Assembly: GCA_035629175.1 (NCBI GenBank)
Contig: DASPIL010000096.1
Span: 232,309-296,308 of the forward strand
Origin: Verrucomicrobiia bacterium
GTDB lineage: Bacteria > Verrucomicrobiota > Verrucomicrobiia > Limisphaerales > DASXHY01
DNA length: 64,000 nucleotides
Direction of reading: 5' to 3'
The translations under genes and the position numbers were made by a program. Of the stretch, positions 62,201-64,000 are shown one piece after another (position 1 is the first letter of the stretch; every line of letters starts with the position of its first letter). A model generated the notes under the pieces. That model searched no databases, was not told the origin of the DNA, and was given only the letters and a program-made list of their open reading frames with translations.

Positions 62201-64000
62201 CGATAGACGCGCTCGGACGGCATCAGGAGGTGAACGTCCAGGGAAATGTGATTTCGCCGCGGTACACCTATTCCTATGCGCCATTGGTCAATGAAGTGAC
62301 GAGCCCGCGGATGGTTGCGCGGACAGAGTGGAACGCTTCTGGAAATGTGACCGAGTATTCCGATCCGAACCGGCGGATCAGCCTGGTTCGCGATGAGAGC
62401 GGGCGGGTTTTCAGAATGGATAGTGTGGAGGATGGAGTGACCTATTCTCAAACCTATGGCTTGAACGACCTGGATCAACGCACCTCGCTCAGCGATCTCG
62501 CAGGTCTTAAGTTTTCGTACGAGTCACGCGCCGACGGGAACTACAAGAAGATCACCAATCCTCGCGGCAACAGCGCCACGTTCGAGCATACCGCCCTCGG
62601 TGAACTTCAACGGAAGAGGCGTGCCGACGGCATGGAGGTGCATTACAGGCACGATACACAACGGCAATTGGTTTATGAGGGTGATCCCGCCGCGGGATTC
62701 AAGTTCGACTACGATTCGCTGTTTCGGATCAAATCCAGCGAGCTTCGGAATGATGCGGCCACCTCGTTTGCTGATTACGATCCACGCAGCATGCCGGGAA
62801 CGCTTTCGATTCCTGGCGGATCAGAGACAAGGAAGTACGACCTGCAACGGCGCATGACCGAACGGAAGCTCACGTATCAGGGCCGCAGTTTGGAGGAGGC
62901 ATACACATTCGACGCAATGGATCGAATCCGAACGGTGTCGTACACTCTTGCCGGGGGCGCCACTCACAAGGCGGACTACAATTATGATCCCGCAGGTCCG
63001 CTCCTATCGGCGCGATTCAGCGAGGACGGCCGCGAGTTCACCGTGTCGTATGGCTATTACCCGGACGGCACGCGCAAAACCATCGCATATCCATCGGGAA
63101 CAGTCGTCACAGAGATTCGGGATGGGACCGGCCGTCTGACCGGTTTATCGGACACCAACGGGAACATCATCAACGCGGTTTCGTGGCAGGGGAACGCTGA
63201 ACCGAAGATGCTGGAAATTGGATCCGCCCTGGAGGTGATCAATCAATTTGATCTGCGCGGGCGCCTCACCGGAAGCCGCGTGGCCCGGACGGGGAATGGG
63301 GCTGTTGCGGCCCACATGCGATATCAATACGACTCGGCCAACAACGTCCAGGCGAGGCAGTTCCTGCATCGGGGCGGAAAGGCAGACGTGTTTGGATATG
63401 ATGCCGGCGAACGCGTGGCGCAGGCGAAGATCGGTGTGCTGCTCGAGAACGTCGATGGATCGGGGCCTTCGTTGTATGGGCGGAGTTATAATTACCATGC
63501 TGCAGGGCTGGATTATTTGACGACCGTCGTGCTGTCTGGTTCCTCTCCGCGCGCTCCGCCGTTTGCGACAAACTGGACGAGTCACGATGACTTCCTTCTT
63601 CCAGGCATCGTGGATGGATTTGTACGCGGGGCTGCAGATCCCAAGGGAAATGTGGCATCGGCGATGTTGTGGGTGCGGCCTGCAAACGCAAACGCGGCGC
63701 AGCCTGTCGCAGCGACGGTTGAGCACGATGGGTTGGGCAGGATGACTCGATTGAGCCGCGCCGACGGCGTCGTGGTGGAAAATCAATTTCAACCCGGAGG
63801 CCTGCGCTTCTCGAGCAAAGTTTCCCAGGGCGGTTCAGTACTCCGCGATTCAGCGTTCGTTCACGATAGTTCGGGGCGTTTGATCGAGGAGTACGACCGA
63901 AGGTTCACGCCGCCCCGGGTGGTTGCACGGTATTATTATGGAAGTGGCGATGCGCCTGTGGCGGCGGATTTACGGACTGCCAGCGACGGCCCATTGCATC
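53278..64000 (+). CDS. Giant secreted RHS/YD-repeat protein (>=3,574 aa, 3' end beyond the window)
   Basis: Absent from the ORF track because it has no stop in-window; none of the listed + strand ORFs after 53281 is in this frame. A TTG at 53278 overlaps the upstream stop (GTTGA) and gives the signal peptide (M)NRSWTIRGLLLALLFHMCVGSVSAQA; an ATG alternative lies at 53329. Carboxypeptidase-regulatory-like segments are present (e.g. ISDVNGRFQLVSPSGPHELSLLDPTTGD). SbsA/Big_5-like Ig domains lie at ~55462-55773 and ~57604-57936, and LVIVD-like propeller motifs at ~57990-59100 (AYDISIPLQPRLLS, VINVSFPLEPRLVS). Dense YD repeats start at ~60028 (GVGWDFNYNQRL, YRYDARGNVVES, YAYDGLDRAKTV, YGYYPDGTRKTI, YQYDSANNV). 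Confidence 0.9.
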   Translation, partial: MNRSWTIRGLLLALLFHMCVGSVSAQAQTREFSIGQATLILEDVTTDAAVYLTSMRLNRALGVWNVEATVSNKSDRVLAGPLILLVDAFTGTTGPRQPDGTSVGKGFYDLSRHLTASGLAPGQKSAPRTLTLGMGGSGNPGLVTRIYASAPVIPAALAVTRSVDDIGRPLPAVKMEIGGPAGAGIRETDPDSGVASFGQGPGTHIVKFSRDGYLPVWRQRTLSLQKIEVIPNPRLTRRSTNLFNILPVQAAAASNITAGIQVQIPAGAVNQNATLAITPLTGQNLPAFLPLGWNPVRAFWIEVSTALIKPLNASLRPIATIGANESATLVRWDENQLRWIAAQSVPGNGTNAVNVVLPDVGAYALVVPDAGEVAPSPAVAGQPLGGSSIPEINLAGLTAEGSVTPASSPASLVPDEVTGLANVTLKHGTRRLPSGYLLRCEVTENYLLSDGSIRLTPQYEHFVVGYQRPGDQDPFTLHAAFPMRPLLLFGPEQLEAATVRVDVLPEGPFEGQVLNEHGGLVVSSGVRLLAGTGELTGPSALRLRRLDSFVLTNLITEGSSIVAAFELTVDRATLNDSLSTQLTGAPTNSLFVLARLLSETGFYGLQPVERLQSDGSGSLQSLEPATGERLPGLRGSGQFVLIQVAVPQGIVAGIARNGLGQIQAGMPVRIAGLPWLAISDVNGRFQLVSPSGPHELSLLDPTTGDAGFEDIVAGGAGSVVLRDISAAPSGPRVSAITPVHNAVRVPRVVSVVIRFNEPVNPGTVIGNAIQLVGADNSVVPAALTLNLKNTIATLSPAVSLEPNVVYRVKLAETIADSTGLGLQGQTEFTFTTVPLSTRDPAAQLIVYEPGATNVPAEVLAKIPAYEPGADPLAIVVRGTPGTADPEVPVILVNESSGETTTVLSSPDGSFASVISGAEEDFVSATFINLNGTRVYVPVSRQEFDNGFVGLYRSGGILEAVSDGGPVRVYVQPESLPTRSKLKLQTLTAAQLQAALGGVTPEAGVLAGPAVTLNVDGPLPELPVQVRFPVDLIAAGFPTNEIASATNVAAVIALVRNQDEIRTFEVLDQLLFTPQTQEDGLERRKGHLNANGDAEQVAAGFLDTAVGVIMPALGRSALPVQIGFNQVLVPLLFGPRPVVVKGKVSALPYDMAVGLQQAGVFNQVANLQTGSGTVDVPFQLAQTMGFFDFGLAIGTAQNIVSVTYTAFHQQAIVNSQPLSGAFIALRLSGGGVQPQPGRLFPGMVYATTGADGYFLTVAPAAGANYLVTASHPRFRGSQTQPVNPISTIPGQQGDLSLAGAVYKTFFFTVPAESETPPTFTIATVPVQPAAGHPAQLIINASQPVAAPKIRVRILSIGEVNLLTGQAETNVQHSLNNIVETTTGNNARWTGTLSVDKPVLAKLHVKIEGQNFNQEAFIPYQIAFTGPRPVMPSGDIPRPDTNDVHGPLVVETQPVESGFVGEDGQVIIHFNKPIDPSLTNDLSGIVLSGGSTDVTPIVRITASQRTLILQYPGLTANESYRLTISGQSVRDLAAQPLDQLPATSDADSFTMTFRTPAAAEAELPGVADGRGAVISGNRLYALDHDPQNSHLNAYDISIPLQPRLLSRTRLIGQPRDLVVVPHYHFKRNIHSPTEISDVVAVVGGDLDARIDRGLGTTVSVRGQYLWVLKMGDGTSPEILASPIVSFRVSSAVTKIRWAPPYLVYHEYGQDVQMLGFVKLQEMLIGFGSDQLQRSTFPTAQQRKEEHDGKDLNGDGDYVDAEEVLPLPDAAPVEFYGKAHNLVLQGTTQKILDFSVSRGGADVGITLRNGVMLGGQGQANGPPLPPMYRTLMRGGIPMDIPNPVSGMYVFDKAAYPRWVTLVPNLPINVGGFRTTIAAALVSLQPDFDATQKLAVINVSFPLEPRLVSLIPIPESLLGGAIQSVSFVDGSVEVAGSRNILLLNPLELGNSNAPSGQLHPSIVSLIPNAGAGSRSVGSTDYGVRAIADGARASVVQSPPQMLFVSFPSVSQLPVPAGLAAVGDDGLAELLGGMRPAFNLAPARVRDEPTLFLTSDLEPTPNRALHYYVLVTAPGTAGSRIELGLESLNPAGRPLSNPGAGFAPVRAVSDGTQEAIGQRPRESCGAIIRSLPAWRLSHDPKSPFYNRYLSRPFALVTETVSDDELAHFRSQIDREILFSGAGLRAFIEPGLATHPDAGPVIGMFAARIDPRKKQIFPIGSANAYTINRDYIVGNNPPPTGGSSPLEDTYGTIQAHSGELRTADVDLSVPSPRMPIGILRVIGNQDTYEGPFGVGWDFNYNQRLTILDPLTFPQGLQLPLVVRENQDLSDIAGSQDVLFNDGQGRVMHFRWVGTNTPPEYEQDPLVNEFNYANVVSDFYLPQPGLFNLLVKFKDGRFERLTPAGVRYRYSPSGRLETIIDAYPQNRHELQYDRNGWLVRIDDKSVSAPRYVEFGHFRRRDSDPDFTAGLDENTSNSYHEGLICRLRDHAGRDVLFEYDAQGFLIKRLDVEVEGENGGFSGRSQTVYTYANCRLASISATEDGTPWVSAVNVTGSSGKPVAQATTGNYGDVQITVSPDNSAKTVGSDTSSVQVGDSTSVERTFDDRGNLKSVTIAGPGTPPAKQERLNTVDGLPRFIRHPEGNTETMGYDSENPVFRSRGNLLSVTVDPGPRGGTGYTKTFRYDASYNQQSGAQVDANGFEVTYSLTSDKRSVQAIDYNGDGEVTMSYNSLGQVTGTVDQDGVEQTTDYDASTGFVRSETTGEITYTYTYDGSVASQLGRPASIRPPLGTATTFVYNNRMQPVEVSRGPLVTRTAYDEIGRAVYSFQDVGDGKQLVTRRVFDAKGFLRTTTVSGVEVEGANSSFSTLFTPDARSRVETITHPNGTVQSYRYDARGNVVESTFGDYVEAFAYDLNNNVLSVRHGGEVVRTYAYDGLDRAKTVVRKTGAQDYVQTRSFYRGGEVQSDLLADPVFGIMRQMSYPSIDALGRHQEVNVQGNVISPRYTYSYAPLVNEVTSPRMVARTEWNASGNVTEYSDPNRRISLVRDESGRVFRMDSVEDGVTYSQTYGLNDLDQRTSLSDLAGLKFSYESRADGNYKKITNPRGNSATFEHTALGELQRKRRADGMEVHYRHDTQRQLVYEGDPAAGFKFDYDSLFRIKSSELRNDAATSFADYDPRSMPGTLSIPGGSETRKYDLQRRMTERKLTYQGRSLEEAYTFDAMDRIRTVSYTLAGGATHKADYNYDPAGPLLSARFSEDGREFTVSYGYYPDGTRKTIAYPSGTVVTEIRDGTGRLTGLSDTNGNIINAVSWQGNAEPKMLEIGSALEVINQFDLRGRLTGSRVARTGNGAVAAHMRYQYDSANNVQARQFLHRGGKADVFGYDAGERVAQAKIGVLLENVDGSGPSLYGRSYNYHAAGLDYLTTVVLSGSSPRAPPFATNWTSHDDFLLPGIVDGFVRGAADPKGNVASAMLWVRPANANAAQPVAATVEHDGLGRMTRLSRADGVVVENQFQPGGLRFSSKVSQGGSVLRDSAFVHDSSGRLIEEYDRRFTPPRVVARYYYGSGDAPVAADLRTASDGPLH

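Noticed and set aside
53331-63792. Dozens of 60-215-aa ORFs on both strands inside the last 10.7 kb
   Set aside because: None is in the frame of the continuous RHS ORF (frame of 53278). All are short and Arg/Pro-rich. The single long frame, with coherent Ig, propeller and YD motifs, explains the region.
1-64000. Window-wide look for CRISPR arrays, rRNA genes, IS elements or transposases, reverse transcriptases (DGR/retron), and toxin-antitoxin or known defence-system genes
   Set aside because: I found no short, regularly spaced direct repeats with unique spacers. No rRNA-like conserved segments were present. None of the products recognised carries transposase, integrase, RT, nuclease or defence-system motifs. 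The only tandem repeat is the intragenic 339-bp protein-coding repeat.

Overview
GC-rich bacterial chromosomal window. The gene content (PEP-CTERM tails, RCC1 / I-set Ig / Sel1 / FG-GAP / YD-repeat exoproteins, mcsA-mcsB-clpC) suggests a PVC-superphylum genome, probably Verrucomicrobiota; this is inference only. I can support about 45 protein-coding genes, one tRNA-Glu, two clear Rho-independent terminators and one candidate operator. I saw no rRNA, CRISPR array, transposase, integrase or prophage signature.

Positions 1-26.6 kb and 35.5-44.4 kb are mostly housekeeping: ubiB-like, purD, a lone gspF/pilC, yjbQ, an MFS transporter, an S1C protease, ilvE-mcsA-mcsB-clpC, pgm, a lone nuoA, PFOR with a DHOD-like partner, GH57, hrpB and a PfkB kinase.

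Two accessory-looking blocks stand out.
(1) 26.97-35.44 kb holds a YtrA/GntR regulator with a perfect palindromic operator, an ABC ATPase, and a doubled ABC-2 permease fused to an extracytoplasmic RCC1-like propeller, all translationally coupled. A 1.45k-aa RCC1 + I-set-Ig exoprotein follows.
(2) 44.7-64.0 kb holds small SLT, Sel1, Cys-rich and PilT-N-only proteins, an ECF sigma/anti-sigma pair, two PEP-CTERM proteins, and a protein made of six phased 113-aa repeats. It ends with a giant open reading frame of at least 3,574 aa (53278 to beyond 64000, absent from the ORF track because it has no in-window stop). That ORF has Ig-like, carboxypeptidase-regulatory-like, LVIVD-like and RHS/YD-repeat regions, a teneurin-like polymorphic-toxin architecture. 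Its toxin tip lies beyond the window.

All domain calls come from motif recognition by eye; no database search was possible.
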